64,000 nucleotides of DNA from contig OZ234493.1 in assembly GCA_965153455.1 (NCBI GenBank), positions 23,798,213-23,862,212 of the forward strand. Direction: 5' to 3'. Source of the DNA: Sphagnum compactum (taxonomy: Eukaryota). This document shows, piece by piece, positions 38,401 to 59,225 of this stretch. The first letter of the stretch is position 1, and every line of letters starts with the position of its first letter. Both the position numbers and the translations under genes were made by a program. The notes under the pieces were generated by a model. It ran no database searches, was not told the DNA's origin, and was given only the letters and a program-made list of their open reading frames with translations.

Positions 38401-40133
38401 GGATTCTTTTGTGGAAGATGGGTGGATTGATTTGTGGAAGTCTGGTGGATCCTCTTGTGGGTGGGGTTGGATTTGCAGGTAGGTTTGCGTCTGCTGCTAT
38501 CACCTTCTGCATCCCAAGTAGTAGTGCGTGCTGCCTGGTATGTGACCTAAACCCCACCCTTCCTTCTTCTTCACCTCACCCCCTCTGCTTCCTTCATTTC
38601 ATTTATTCATGCATGCATTCCTCTTCTTCTTCCTTGTTCTCCTATTCACTTGTGAGATCTGCACTCTTTCTTACCTTATGCCACTCTCTTGCTGCAACAT
38701 CTGGCAATGGGAACAGACCCATTGGCATGAGGAAAGTCTTGAGAACAATCTGTAAGAGTTTGTGGGTTTTTTTCTTATTCCATCATCAGGATCTGCACTG
38801 TTTCTTACCTCATATCACTCTCATGCTGCAACACTGGCAATGGGGAAAGACAGATTGGCATTGCAAATGAGGAAAGACCTGAGAACAATCCATAAGAGTT
38901 TGTGGGAATTTTTCTTATTCCATCAGCACTGGCAATTGCTGTCACTTTCTTCTTCTTCTTCTTCTTCTTCTTGTGTGTTTGCTCCTAGCCTTTTGTTGTT
39001 AGCCATAGCAGCCTGTGACATGCTGAGAGTGGAAGGATTAAGCTGAAGATCCCTGTGAACTGCAAATTTTGTACATTTCCTGTCCAGAGCAAGATTAGGG
39101 TTTTATGTGCCCTCTTCTGTTGTCATCATTGGCATACCCAGGAACAACTGTCTGTCGGGTTCATTCTTCTCTCTCCAAATTGGTACCTGACCTCCTCCTC
39201 TCCTCTCTCTTGCACTATTATCATTGTGTGGGTTCTTCTTCTCTTTCCAAAGTGGTACCTGCTTTCTCCTCCTGCTACTCTTGCATGATCACTGTGTGAG
39301 TACATGAATGCCAAACATTTTGTATGTTTTTCAAACCCTCCAAGTTGAAACAAAGCTTGTGCATTTGTTATGGATGTTGTGGTGGCGGTGGCTGGATGTG
39401 GTACAAACAAACAACAGCACATTGTTTGGAATTGGATTTCCGATCTATTCAACGCACAAGGCAATCGCATACAAGAATCTTGCAGAGCAAGAACAATGGT
39501 TATTCTACTGGGCAGGTGCTGCTTCTAGGGTCACTTTGCTCACATCCGGTATGTGCTGCTGTTTTGTATATTGCCAAATTGTTATGGCAAAAAACAGAGA
39601 TGATTATGGATAGAAAGTGTAACAAAGGGATAAACAAACAAGCTGGCATTTGCATGACAGCAACAACTGAGTTTTCATGCATTGTAGGAGCTGACCCACA
39701 GGACGGGGGGATGGATGTCGGGGTTCGTGGGTGCTGCAGTGTATGGGTGCTTCACTGCTACTGAAGTTGTGTTTGACAAACTGTTTTCATGGTATCATCA
39801 TACATACCTCTCCTGTATTTCCTGTAGCTCTTTTCTTGATGGTCAGTGGAATAGTTTGTGCTATCAGTATTCATCACTTTACATTTGATTGACCTTTATG
39901 ACATGGTTATACTTGCAGGTTTCCGTTCTACTATCACATCAAATTTGTGTTCCTTGTCTGGCTTCAGCTTCCCAGTCAGTTTGTACGTCATCATCCAAGC
40001 CCCGTTATTTTTAATTTTTTTGCTCTAGCATAGTACCTCGTTTTATGACTGCACTCAGTTTGGATTTCAGAACTGACACACCAGTTACCTTCAAAGCTTT
40101 AAATTTGTGGTGTTTTTTTCTCTGCAATCTTGT

Positions 40134-40184
<51 letters not shown>

Positions 40185-41339
40185 CGTCCTTAATTGGTAG
40201 CATGTGTATTCTTGTGGAATCTGGATACAGGGAGCCCACTATCTGTACACCAATCTCCTACGTCCTGTGCTTCTCAAACACCAAAGGTCATTAGATCGTG
40301 TTGTGGATGGCACTCGTAATGAGATGGTACGAAATTACTCTGTGTTTGTTTGACTCTGTTTGCACATGCTACACTTCCTCCCACACCTTGTTTGTCCCAG
40401 TAAAGTAAATCAGCAAATGTGTAAAACCTTCCACAATTTGGGTCTTTTTTTGTCCCCCTCAAGTACATGCAATTTCATGCACTGGGTGATTTCTGCTTCA
40501 GGTCTTTCTGATCTGTACAGAGGGTGCAATTTCTGTGCACTTTCATTTTTGTGACAAATGCAATTCAGCAACAAGGGTACAGTAGATTAGCAGGAATGTG
40601 TGTGCACATGTGTCTTTAGCTGTTGTGTAGACGCTTATTGTCCTGGGTACTGCTCTGCTTGCAATGGAATTTTTTATTCATTGCCTTAAGGTGGTGAGTT
40701 TCATGAGCTGGTAGTAGGATTTGATTATCTTGTGTTGAGTGGGCTTACAGTTCTAGTTCATCAATATCATTCTTCCTCTTGTTTCAGCAAATCACAGAAG
40801 GGCATAGTTTGATCTATAAGGGACTCACTAACATGAGCTTATGATTTTTGTAGAGTAAGTTTATTTTGAGTCACCAACAGGAGGCACAGTTTGTCAAGCG
40901 CATTGTGCAGAAGCTCCTTATTTCAGGCAAGTACTCTTGGTGTAAAAGACTTTGTCAGGAAATTGGTGGGCATTGATTTTGTTGTCACAATAGCAATTCT
41001 TGAATGATGTGATGATTGACACAAATTCAATGTGAGGACTAGCAGTTTTGTGTGTAGGGGATGCTTGGATTTGTCAAGCACTGCCTGGTCCATGGATAGT
41101 AGAGAGGCAAAACCCTTTCCCTGCATGTTGACAGCAGAGTGATTTCATTTGGTTGTGCAGTGTATCAAGCAGCACGTGATGCCATGCAAAACTCCAGAGC
41201 TCTTGAGGGTGCCAGACTTGCATTGAGCAGGACAAATGGCAGCAGCAGCAGCAGCCAAGGCAGCACACCAGCACCTCCAGCCTCAAATCAGGATAGATCA
41301 GGAAGCAACGACACATTGGCTGATCAAACAACTGATTGA
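38288..41339 (+). CDS. HVA22K: HVA22-like protein k (TB2/DP1/HVA22, REEP family), ~217 aa
   Basis: Exons 38288-38320, 38479-38537, 39418-39515, 39740-39791, 39919-39982, 40231-40326, 40854-40926, 41161-41339. Protein MALL..LGSEVGLRLLLSP..VVRAAC..FGIGFPIYST.KAI..EQEQWLFYWAVYG.F..EV..DKL.SWFPFYYHIKF.FLVWLQLP..GA..LY...LRP.LLKHQ. The last intron has a GC donor. Confidence 0.93.
38345..38395. repeat. (CT)n microsatellite in HVA22k intron 1
   Basis: Perfect CT run of about 25 units. Confidence 0.95.
38660..38935. repeat. ~135-bp tandem duplication in HVA22k intron 2
   Basis: tgctgcaaca..tggcaatggg..aga...attggcat..gaggaaag..tgagaacaatc..taagagtttgtggg..ttttcttattccatca occurs twice, at ~38690 and ~38825. 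Confidence 0.85.
40136..40182. repeat. (GA)n microsatellite in HVA22k intron 5
   Basis: Perfect AG run of about 23 units. Confidence 0.95.
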
Positions 41340-44300
41340 CACTGCCTCAAGATCTACCATCCCACTAGTTGAGCTGATGAAGCACACCACAACTGCAATG
41401 GGACTGTTCTCTTCATTGTGAGCATCGCATTGATGGGTAGAGAGAAGATGAGTCACACCCACCCAGGAATCTGAAAATATGTTTTGACATGATCTCACAT
41501 TACCACTCAAGAAAAATGCTACTCCAAAGGTGCTGTAGTCTTATAACCTTCAACCCCAAATAACGAATGTAATGGGTGGTGCGTCTTCTTCTTCTTAAGT
41601 CCAGTTTCTTTTTGAGTAGTGATTTATTTATTATGATCATTTCATTTTATTTCCATTGTAATTTCAGTGGACCTAGACATTTGGTGTCTGTTTCAATTTT
41701 GGTCTGTTTGAAAGGGTACTAAGTTTACAACAAGTTGACCTTTTTCTTGAGCAATTTGCTTCTTCAAGAAGCAACTGAAAGAAGGGTTCTTCAGCTCAAA
41801 TTGTTCACAAATTCTTCCATAGCAGTTGCATGGAAATATTGAGGGAAAGGAAAGTCAAAAGTAGTTGATATTTTTTGTCAAGTTTTCATCTAAATTTTTG
41901 CCCCTTTGTCATCGTCATTGACTTCCTTTTCAGTTCTCTTTTCTTAAGAAGAAGTTTGGAATCAACTTCTCTCTTAGGGAACTGATGAGGAGTAAATTGA
42001 AGTCTTATCAAATTCTAGATTTGCTTGAGATCTAAGAATTTGGACAATATTTTGTTTTATTGCAGTCTCTTTTGATTTTATTCTTTTGTGGGATGTTCTT
42101 CAGTCTGTACCGTTTCAAGTTTTGTTGGTTCTGAGGAGAACATTGCACCTTCAACAAATGTTTGGTTAATCCCTAAGAACCCGAAGCCCTTTCCACACTA
42201 GTTTCGGAACTAGTTGGAAATTGGATTGTTCTAGGAAAGTTTTTTTCTAGCTTCCATTGTTCGACACATTTATGGATTTTTTTTAAATGTTATTTATTTA
42301 TTTATAGAAAAATTTATGTGAAAATGAAAAAATTTCGTTTATGTTTTAAACTGCAACATATAAATAGTTTTGTTTTTAAAAAAATTAGATGAGTCCAATA
42401 TTTTTTCATTGTAAATACATTATAATGTTGTGCTTTCATTATAATATGGACCAAATATACATCTCACTATGATTTAGCATTGAATATATTGTTATAGAAC
42501 ATGGATTGATTTATATTTTGAAACTTGAAGTATGATTATTATTTTTGCATGTGAACACACAAAAAATTTATTTATATTTGACATGTTAGCAATTGAGTGT
42601 AACATGAGTATGGAACATGTTTTGTTAAAAGGCATATATGTTTAAAGTGGATTTATTTTTTTCCTTCCATATGTCAATTTGGTTTTGTTCATACAACGGA
42701 ATGCAATTGTTGAGCACATTATGTAAATTTAGATGGTTTTTTTCACATCAAGTAATAAAATTTCTCATTCTAATTCTTTGACTTGGATATTATGTATATG
42801 AAATGTATATACAAAAAGGCACCGCATGTAATACTATTAAGAACCTCACACAAACATGAAGAGTATGTAGCATCCATTACATCTAGCTCAAAAGGCAAAG
42901 ATAAAACCTTGAGAAAAGTGACAACTTGAAAAAACACCAATGAAGGTATTTGCCATCTCCATGAATTAGTTAGTAGGTAGCAAGATTTTTATCATGTGTT
43001 GTTCAATTCTCAATCCTAATTAAGTGAGTACCTTCCAAAAGGCAAACCAATGATGAAAGGAAACCAAATGGGCCACACCCATCAAAACCCTTGAACAACA
43101 ACAACAACCACCCATAACGGTTAGGCACTTCAACAATTACCCCAATTATAATTGACAATAACAAACATGTCTTTTCATCTACAAAACATGTGTCATTTGC
43201 TTCTACACATGTATCAACATTTGAATCAACAAAAAGGTTCCATTGCTTGAAGAATTGGGGTGTGAATAATTGAATTCATAAGGTCTTTGGCATTTTCTCA
43301 CCCTTTGCATCATACCAAAAGCCTCAAACATTTGTTTGATAACCACAAGCTCCTCAACAAACTTGATGGACATTTGCATTAATGGATCAAATGGATTTTG
43401 ACTATCAACAATTTATTAGAAGAACCCATAAGTAATGGAGATATCATTTGGGACCCTATAGATTTGGATATGGCAATTAAACAATTGAAGTAACAAACAA
43501 TAAGCAACATTCCTTCCAAGCTAAAAATAAATGATGTACAAATAGTTGGGCCAATTTTCTCTTAGCTAACGTGTTGTGTAAGACATGGAACATTGTGAAT
43601 AACCATTGCATAGACATGTGGATCAAACATTCCATGCCTTTGGGTTCAAGCATTTGATTTATCATATCTCAAGTGTTTTTGTGCCTATTGGACTTTGAAT
43701 ATCAATTCACTTCCGTTTTGTTGATATTTTGCTAGATAATTGTTTGTACTCATGCGTGATTATTTTAGTTCTAATGTGATTCTCCAATAGAAATTTGTGA
43801 GCTAAATTGATGCATGGTGGGTATGTCACTACATTAATAGATTGTCATAAAAGTAAACTATTGTTTTTTTTTATTACAATGTGTTAACTTTTTTCATCTT
43901 CCAACAAAATGTGGGGATCATTTCAAGAATTCACATTCTACAATGGTTTTTTTCAATATGAGAATCATAGTTGTAAATTTATCAATGTTTTCTGAGAAAC
44001 TTGTATGTCATTTCTCATTAACATTGTATGAAAAAGATTTGTTTGCAGCTTAAAGTTCACCAAAGGTTTCTTCACTGACATGCATACCCTTCATTGTGCT
44101 TTGCGAATTGAACTAAATTTTGTTATGAAAGGGTTTTCTATGAAATTTCAAATTTTCAATGTAGTTAATGGATTGTTCTAAATTTGATGTCTTGTTTTGT
44201 TGGTTTTAGATTGAACACTCACCTCTTATGACGGCCAATCTTTATTCATAAGGTTTTGCAAAACAAAAGTCTAGATGCGTAGGTAGAAAGGTACATCTTA

Positions 44301-46289
44301 AAATGTCCACCACATCAAAAGGGAATTTAAATGCAAATTATTTTTGTTGCATAGTTTTGAAGGTTAAAAAAAAACATGGGAAAATATGTATGTGGTATAC
44401 AAAAACATACTAGAAATTTCTGTATTTTCACAAGACACATGGACATTTGGATGCAAAAAAAAGGTTTTCATTTGTATTGTTTCACACAATAAAACCATAT
44501 GTATAACATTGCATGGACAGATCTATAAAAGAAAGATGTTTTCAAATTATATTCTTTAACATCCTTGGCACTATTAGTCTTGTGGAACAACTCGATTCTT
44601 GTGAATAATTTGACTACAATAATTTGTAAATACAACATGTGTTCTAGTTTGGAAGGTTTTCCTAATATTTGATAAATGACTGAAAATGATGAGGTCTCCT
44701 ATTCGAATTACACTCTTATCAATGTCATTGTTGTTTTTCTTAACAAAAATAGTGGTGTGTATTAATCATTGTGCAATCTATGATGTTTTGCAAGACCCAA
44801 GTTTCAACTTGGCAATTTTAATAGTTTATTCATAAACCTCAAGTTTGTGTTGTGCCCAATCCACTAGTAAGTTGGTTTTCTTTCTCACCATGTATCCCTT
44901 AGACTCTAGAGAGTCTAAAATGCATTATTGTTCTTAAAAAGTTTGCAATGTGCATCAAAAATTTAATTTTTTCTTTTAAATTAAGGAAACTTGATGTTAA
45001 ATTAAGGAATTTGATGTAGGTTCCATGTTTTTCTAAGGAATGGGAAATCTACTACTACCATGAAGAAAAAAACTTAGATTTTTTTTGGTTTTGTTATCTA
45101 TGAATGTGCTATGAAAGTCATTAAATGACATTTTCTTCCACTCATACTTGTTTATTGTCAAGTGCAATTTGTTGTGCCTGAAAGTATCATAAAACTTGAC
45201 ATCTTGAAACCTTTAAAAAGAGCAAGACAATGCAAGAATGCAAATTACAAAAAATTATTATCAATACAAGTGATGGTGCTGAAACATCATATATATTTCA
45301 ACTTGTTTTCTTAAATAAAAGTTATGCTACTTTTGATACATGATTTTTTTCTCTTAATTTTGGTATTTCAAGGGCATGCACATGTGTACACTCACATTCA
45401 AGTGTGTCGTATAATTGTTTTTGTAGGAAACAACTAATTAGTTATGGCATCTTTTATTAAAACATTGTTAGTGTTTTCAATAGTTTTTGTGTTTTTCATG
45501 AATTTGTTGTACGTATCAAGGATGTCTTCAGCAACATGGTGTTAGTGTTGAAGACCATGGAAGCAACAAAAACAACAAATAGGGTTCTTGCAGACTATAT
45601 ATAGGCAACATATTGGAAGACATGATGTTCTTGTTGAAGAGCTTGGAGGTGACATGAGTAGCAATTAGAGTTTTTCAAGACCTTGTGAACTATTACACAA
45701 AGAAAAACTTTCATTTTTTGCATATTTATACATATTTATTAAAAATTTTTTTAAAGAAAATATTTCATAAAATATGTATGGGATGAATCAAGAACAATCA
45801 ATCAAGTTGCCATCAACAACTTTAGTAGTAAGGTGATAAGATCAATTTGTCTTATATGGAGTTTGGATATTCAAAATCGAAATCATTTTGATGAAAAATA
45901 GTTTGGATTTAACCAACTTGGAAATCAATCAAGATTTGAAATTAAAAGTGATCAACATGGTGGTGGGTAATCCCACCTTACATTAACCTTTTGTGAACCT
46001 CACAATGGTTTTTTTCTATTTTTGTAGTGTAAAATTGTTGAACTTATAATCAAAATAACAAAAAAAATCATGTTTGCAAAGCAAAAAAATGAAACTTTTC
46101 AATTGTGCAAAAAACACAACAAAATCATGGATACTAAATGAGCAATGAACCTTAGAATTTTGATTGCACAATGTGTTACAAATTCTAAAAATAATGAACA
46201 AGAATTTTTTCTCTTACAATGTACTTAACTAATATATTTGAAACTTCAAAAGATTGCACAATTATAGTTTAGAATATTGAAAGTTCAGG

Positions 46290-46520
46290 GAATGAATGGA
46301 ATATGATCACAATTTTTTTGTTATGGACTTTTCAAACTCCCAAAAATTGCAATATTTTATTGAGTTCATTTGAACTTAAAATATGATTATATAATTGCAT
46401 TTTAGAAAATGGTTTTAATGTCTTTTATAGCATGGTGGCTTGACTTGGAAAATGAAAAAATATTACCATTTCAATAAATGCCCATATTTTAAACCAAATT
46501 TAATTACATTAGAAAAGGGA
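46290..46520 (+). repeat. Dispersed repeat B, copy 2
   Basis: Aligns by eye with 16695-16940. Confidence 0.75.
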
Positions 46521-47700
46521 CTCTCAAAATGGACTTTCAACTATTCTTTTTGACCCATCAAGTTTTTGACCATTTTTGATAGCACAAAATCTAAATGGCC
46601 AATACTATAACATTCCATGGCTTCTTGGAAATTGTAATTGCTGAACCCACCGTGGACATTGGGGGGGGAGTAGGAGGGGGTCGCTCTTTTAAAATGAAAC
46701 ATATTCACAAGTCAACATAGTTGAAAAGAATGAGGAGACTTGTGGCGATGATGAAAAAATGGCTTGAAAAGAATTCAAAATCACCATGGTGATGACACAT
46801 GTTCAAAGAAGCAATACCACTTGGTATATGGATAATGCTAACTTTGGAGGTGTTTTGAATATTTGAATCAATTAAGTTTGCAAGGTTTGAGAGGACGGGG
46901 TCAAACCATATATAAACTTGGCTATATTTGGATTGTTGAAAATTTCTCCAATAGTAATATAAAATTTAATGAGATCACATTCCCAAAACAAATATTTACA
47001 ATAGTTAAGTTATTGCCATTTGAAGGGTTAGGGTAAAATTGCCAAAGTGGCTCTTGACTATTTAAATTATGATTTTTAAAGGTCAAATCAACTCCAATTG
47101 AAAAGCTTAATATGGTAAATCAGAAAGTTTTTTCAAAGGCCAAATAGTGCCCAACTAGGCTAGGCATCATGGTAGTAGTGTTCAATGGGTAAATTGGTCA
47201 TCAAAATCCATGTGCCCATGAAATGGGAATCATGCTTTCAAGTCCAACAATCCTTTTTGTTTCCATTATATGATGGTTAGAAAATTACGACCCCGTTAAG
47301 AATATAATATGATCCCTATATTGATAAGAAGTGAATCACTCATCATTATTTGGTGAATTAGTGTCCTATCTTCACTATTAAATAGAATTAGAATAAAATT
47401 AATTTTCATTTATGAATACCCACATTTTGATGGACCATATAACATTGTTTTATACCACTAATATTTATTATTCAAAAAATAAACCCAAGAGATGAATATC
47501 ATAATTATCATCTACGTTTTACATTGGACTTCTTTAATCAAACGTTTAACTAACGAGTTTTAAGACCTTTAAATTGGACAATTTAAAATTTAAGAAATTT
47601 GTGTAAATAAAAATCAGAAAAATCACAATCGTAGTTTTGACAAAGGTGCATTGCCCTAGAGGTGGTTTTTGAAAGTGGCTCAAACATCAAAACATTAAAC

Positions 47701-47754
47701 CCTTAACACCATGGGTTAACCTTGAACCTTGAACTGGTTAACCCATGGTTAAGG
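47701..47754. repeat. Inverted repeat (hairpin)
   Basis: A perfect 14-bp pair ACCATGGGTTAACC / GGTTAACCCATGGT, extended by CCTTAA / TTAAGG, around a ttgaaccttgaact loop. Confidence 0.9.
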
Positions 47755-48383
47755 CTTCCATTCCCACCTCAATACATCCCTTTATTTCATTACCTATATT
47801 GGTAATTTTGCATATCAATCCTCGGAACCACCAAAGCTTCCATTATATCGTCTCTTCGATCTCTTTTTCCCTTTCTCAAAGACCTACACAATTTTGGCTC
47901 ACCATTATAATCATTTCACAAATACCTACACACCCAATGACCAAACATTTGTAACTATTTCACAATTACTTCTTCTTACACAACAAATGACAAAAAAAAT
48001 TTGTTACACTTTAGAGCTACTAACTTCAATTCGATATAAATGTAGCAAGCACTATTGTAAGTTGTAAGAGAACACAAGAACAACAACAAATAGCTCCAAC
48101 ACATTTCCCAAACCAGTTTTCAAACCTTTTCTCAATCACAACTTTTTCAAGCACAATGACCTTAGAGGTCAATTATGCTCTTCATAGTACAACAAGGGGA
48201 GGTTGGTTGGCTTACTTAAAAGCAAACGGAAGCAAAAATTGGATTATTTTACACTAGATGGTCTTGGTACTTGATACTTGTTTGTCACAAGACACAAGTT
48301 CTTTAACCATTTGGACTATATAATTTAGTCCCTTTGTATTTGATGAGAAGGGTTAAGTTTAGAAGCAAAAAAAGGGGAATCGA

Positions 48384-55737
<7,354 letters not shown>

Positions 55738-56082
55738 CTTCTCTCTTTCTTTCTTGCAGCCACCGTCGTCCCCACCACCACCCAAAGAAAAAAAAAGAAC
55801 GCTCTCCTCCAGCGATGACGATGACGATGAGGAAGAAGAAGAAGAAGCAGAAGTATTGAAGCTAGTTGCTCTTGAGCACATGGGGGTTCAAAACCACAAA
55901 CTGGTGGCAGCAAGCAAAGAAATCCCCCTTTTCACGGATCATCATCAAAGAACTCGACAGAAGAAGAACCATGTAGGCTAACTTCCTGCTCTAAAACCTG
56001 AAGTCAAAACCCAACTCACCCATCACCACTAATCATCAATTAGCACCCAAATTCTCACAAATTCTTCTTCTGCTGGTGCTAC

Positions 56083-56170
56083 TTGTTGTTGTTGTTGTTG
56101 TTGTTGTTGCTGTGGTGGTGGTTGTTGTTCATCTTCTTTTCTGCTGCTGCTGCTGGTTGTTGTTGTTGTC
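56083..56170. repeat. Compound (TTG)/(TGG)/(CTG) microsatellite in the RLK 5' region
   Basis: Trinucleotide runs visible directly in the sequence. Confidence 0.9.
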
Positions 56171-56869
56171 GTTCTGCTGTGTGCTTGCTGCGTGTGTTGG
56201 ACGTTGTTTAGTGGGGATATGTATTTGTTTCTGCAATCAACTTCTGTTTTGGGATTGTTGTTCTCGTCCTCCTCCTCCTCCATCACATGACCCAAATAGC
56301 AAAAGAAACCCATAAAAAACACGGCGACGGATTGGATTTGATGAAGTCAACTTTTGCGCAAATTTTCCTCCGCAGTTTCTGTAAGTGTAGTCCAAATTTG
56401 TGCAATTCCGCGCGGGGAAGGATCGATCGAGCGAGCGAGCGGGCAAGCGGGCCACCGGGGAAGACGAAGAAGAAAAGAAAAAAGCCCAGTTGCGTGGGTG
56501 ACCTAATGCCACCCTCAGCACCGGGTGGGTCGGGTCACCCGGCTTTCTTTAGGGTCAGATAAACAAAGGAGGACAGCAATTCTATTCTATTTTATTTTAT
56601 TTTCCACAATAATTTTTTTAAATTTTTTTACAAATGCACCTTCACCATAATAACACCCTATTATTGTACATGTAAAGCAAACAAACAATTATTTTTTTAT
56701 TTTTTAAAATGTATTATTTGGAAGCCACATTATCCAACAAAAAATTTCCTCCCACAAAAGGTGAAAGCAAGGGACGAGCTTTTTTTTTTTTTTTTTAAAT
56801 TTTAATTTAATTTATTTTAATAAATTTTAATGCCCCGCATCTTGAGATTAGTTATTACATAGTTATAAT

Positions 56870-57030
56870 AATATCTTGAAGGATTTTGGTTTCATTTTTA
56901 GAGGATTATTATTTTGGAAGATTATATAATTTTTGCATGGTGAAATATATTTGAGTTAATTTTCCGTAATTCTTCTTTTGCCATCTTAAGTTACTTTTTT
57001 TAATGTAAATGGCAAGGCCTCAATGTGACA
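56870..57030 (+). repeat. Dispersed repeat A, copy 2
   Basis: Aligns with 15940-16092. Confidence 0.8.
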
Positions 57031-58054
57031 CTAATTATATTATTTGTAAAAATAAGTTTTCAACAAAATAATAATCACCTTTTTTTTTTCTCAAAGAACA
57101 AATTTTTGTGAAGAAAAAAAAAAGAGAAGAATTTATGGGAAAATTCACAAATATTTTTGTAATTATTTTTCAACCATGGAATCTTCAAACTTTATAGTTA
57201 ATTATTCAACAAACATGTGTTAAATCTGCCTTTTCATATGCATAATACACAATTGCAATTGTGTTCATAAGCAATAGGATGTCCTAACCTTTTTTTTAAA
57301 ATATATTTTGGGGGGGGGGAAATCAAAAATTATATTATTACATTTAATAACCCCATTTTTCTTCTCTAGGAAGGCTAGCATAATTTTATAAACTTTATTA
57401 TTGAGCTCAATACTAGAGAATACTATGCATGCCACTAGCAAAAATTTCAATTGTTCTAAGGAACATACCTTACCCTAAGGTGAATTTCATCATTAAATAA
57501 TCCTCAAAATAATGAAATGAATTATTGTGAAAATATCAAGTTGACGTGTTGAAAATCATCATAATTATCATAAGCTACATATATTCTAAACAATTTCACT
57601 ACTCATGTGACAATATCATAATAGATCATAAATAATTCAATAGTTTCAAATTCTAAAAAACAAATGTGAAAATTGACTCTAGGCTATAGTAATAGGGTTT
57701 CAACCAATGTTGGTTAGTTATTGAAAAAACGCCCATTTATTGAAAATCAATGGTCTTCATGGTGGGTATTTGAAAACATAATGAGTGGTTATTACCAAAA
57801 AATAAAGTAAATTGATAATTAATGGGTCTAAATTGTCCTATATATATATATACACCTTGTGTGATCTAAAAATTTAAAAATATCTACCCAATTGGTTATG
57901 AACTAAAAACCAATAACCAACCAAAATTAGTTTCAACTCTTTTTTATAGACAAAAAAAATGTATTTCTTTCTTTGAAATTCCTAATTTGTTCTTGGGACA
58001 TATGGTTTGTCAACAATGCAAACTTGCCAAAATTAATTAATGTAAAAGAGCTTT

Positions 58055-58280
58055 AAAAGGAAGAAGGAAGAAATTATAAAAAGGAAGATGAAAAAAAAAA
58101 AAAAAAGAAAGAAATGAAAAAAAGGAACATGAAGAAAAGAAAGAAAGATTTTTGAAAAAAGGAACATGAAAAAAAGGGAAGAAATGATTAAAGAATAACG
58201 TAAAAAAAAAGGAAGAAATGATAAAAAAAGGAACATGAAAAAAAAGGGAAGAAATGATGAAAAGGAACAAGAAGAAAACA
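58055..58280. repeat. Purine-rich low-complexity repeat (aaaaaggaacatg / ggaagaaatga units)
   Basis: Alternating short A/G-rich units. This explains the Phe-rich minus-strand ORFs at 58033-58281. Confidence 0.85.
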
Positions 58281-58919
58281 CTAAGATCCTATCTTAAAAC
58301 CCACAACTAGAAATTCCTTTTGTTAGAACCAACACAACAATCGGGTCATGGAACTAGTCTTTTGTTAGATCTAGAATGGAGATCAAAATCATGAAATTAA
58401 GAACATTTTTGAACATAACCTTAATATCATAAGGTAAGAATTCTTATTCTTATTTTTGAAAAGGTGATAAATATGCTTAAATTCATAGTTATGTATTCAT
58501 TTTAATTAATTGTTGAATTTCATACATATATATATATAGACACATTGTTTTATTTTAAAAACTTCATATTCCTACAATCTCTAGCATTGAGGAGTGTGTA
58601 TTGGGATATATCAACTTCATATTAGGGTTTAGGATTGACAAGATACTTTGGTTTAAAGTTCCTATGTGAAAGGTGCCCTTTAAAAGCAACTTGACTCATA
58701 CCCCCTATTTGGGCTTCTAGGAATATTTATCACATGTGATCAAGAATAATTTTTTATATCTCATTATATAATATATTTTTAATAATATATTATATTAAAA
58801 TAATAATATTTATTGGTCTTGTGCACATTTACTAACATTGTTGGGCCTCTTTCATCATAAAATTATTATATTTCATCCACAATATATTGTGCGAAGGTGA
58901 GAAAGGATAACCACATAGG

Positions 58920-59225
58920 GAAGTTACTTTGGACAGAAAATGGTGGATGAGATTGATTACTTTGTTCCTTGTTTGCATGCCTTTTGAATTTGTTTGGGTG
59001 AATGTTTTTACAATACTTTATGTTGGCAGTTACATGGACAGAAAATGATGGATGAGATTGATTCTTTTGTTCCTTGTTTCCATGCCTTAGAATTCTGTTG
59101 GTGATTTTTTTTTTTACAAATACCTATGTTAGCAATTACATGGATAGAAAATTATGGATGAGATCGATTACTTTGTTCCTAGTTTCCATTCCTTCAAAAA
59201 AATATTTGATGAGTTTTTTTACATG
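58920..59225. repeat. ~105-bp tandem repeat x 3
   Basis: tgga(c/t)agaaaat..tggatgagat(t/c)gatt.ctttgttcct.gttt occurs at ~58930, 59035 and 59141. Confidence 0.9.

Noticed and set aside
42800..45250. Possible decayed transposon coding region (Helitron/MULE-like) on the minus strand
   Set aside because: The composition suggests a relic, but I could not recover a diagnostic motif.
55754..56322. Poly-Glu/Asp and poly-Gln ORFs upstream of the RLK
   Set aside because: Translations of trinucleotide microsatellites in the 5' UTR/promoter region. A uORF role cannot be excluded but is unsupported.
58033..58281. Phe-rich membrane-like ORFs
   Set aside because: Artefacts of the A/G-rich low-complexity repeat.
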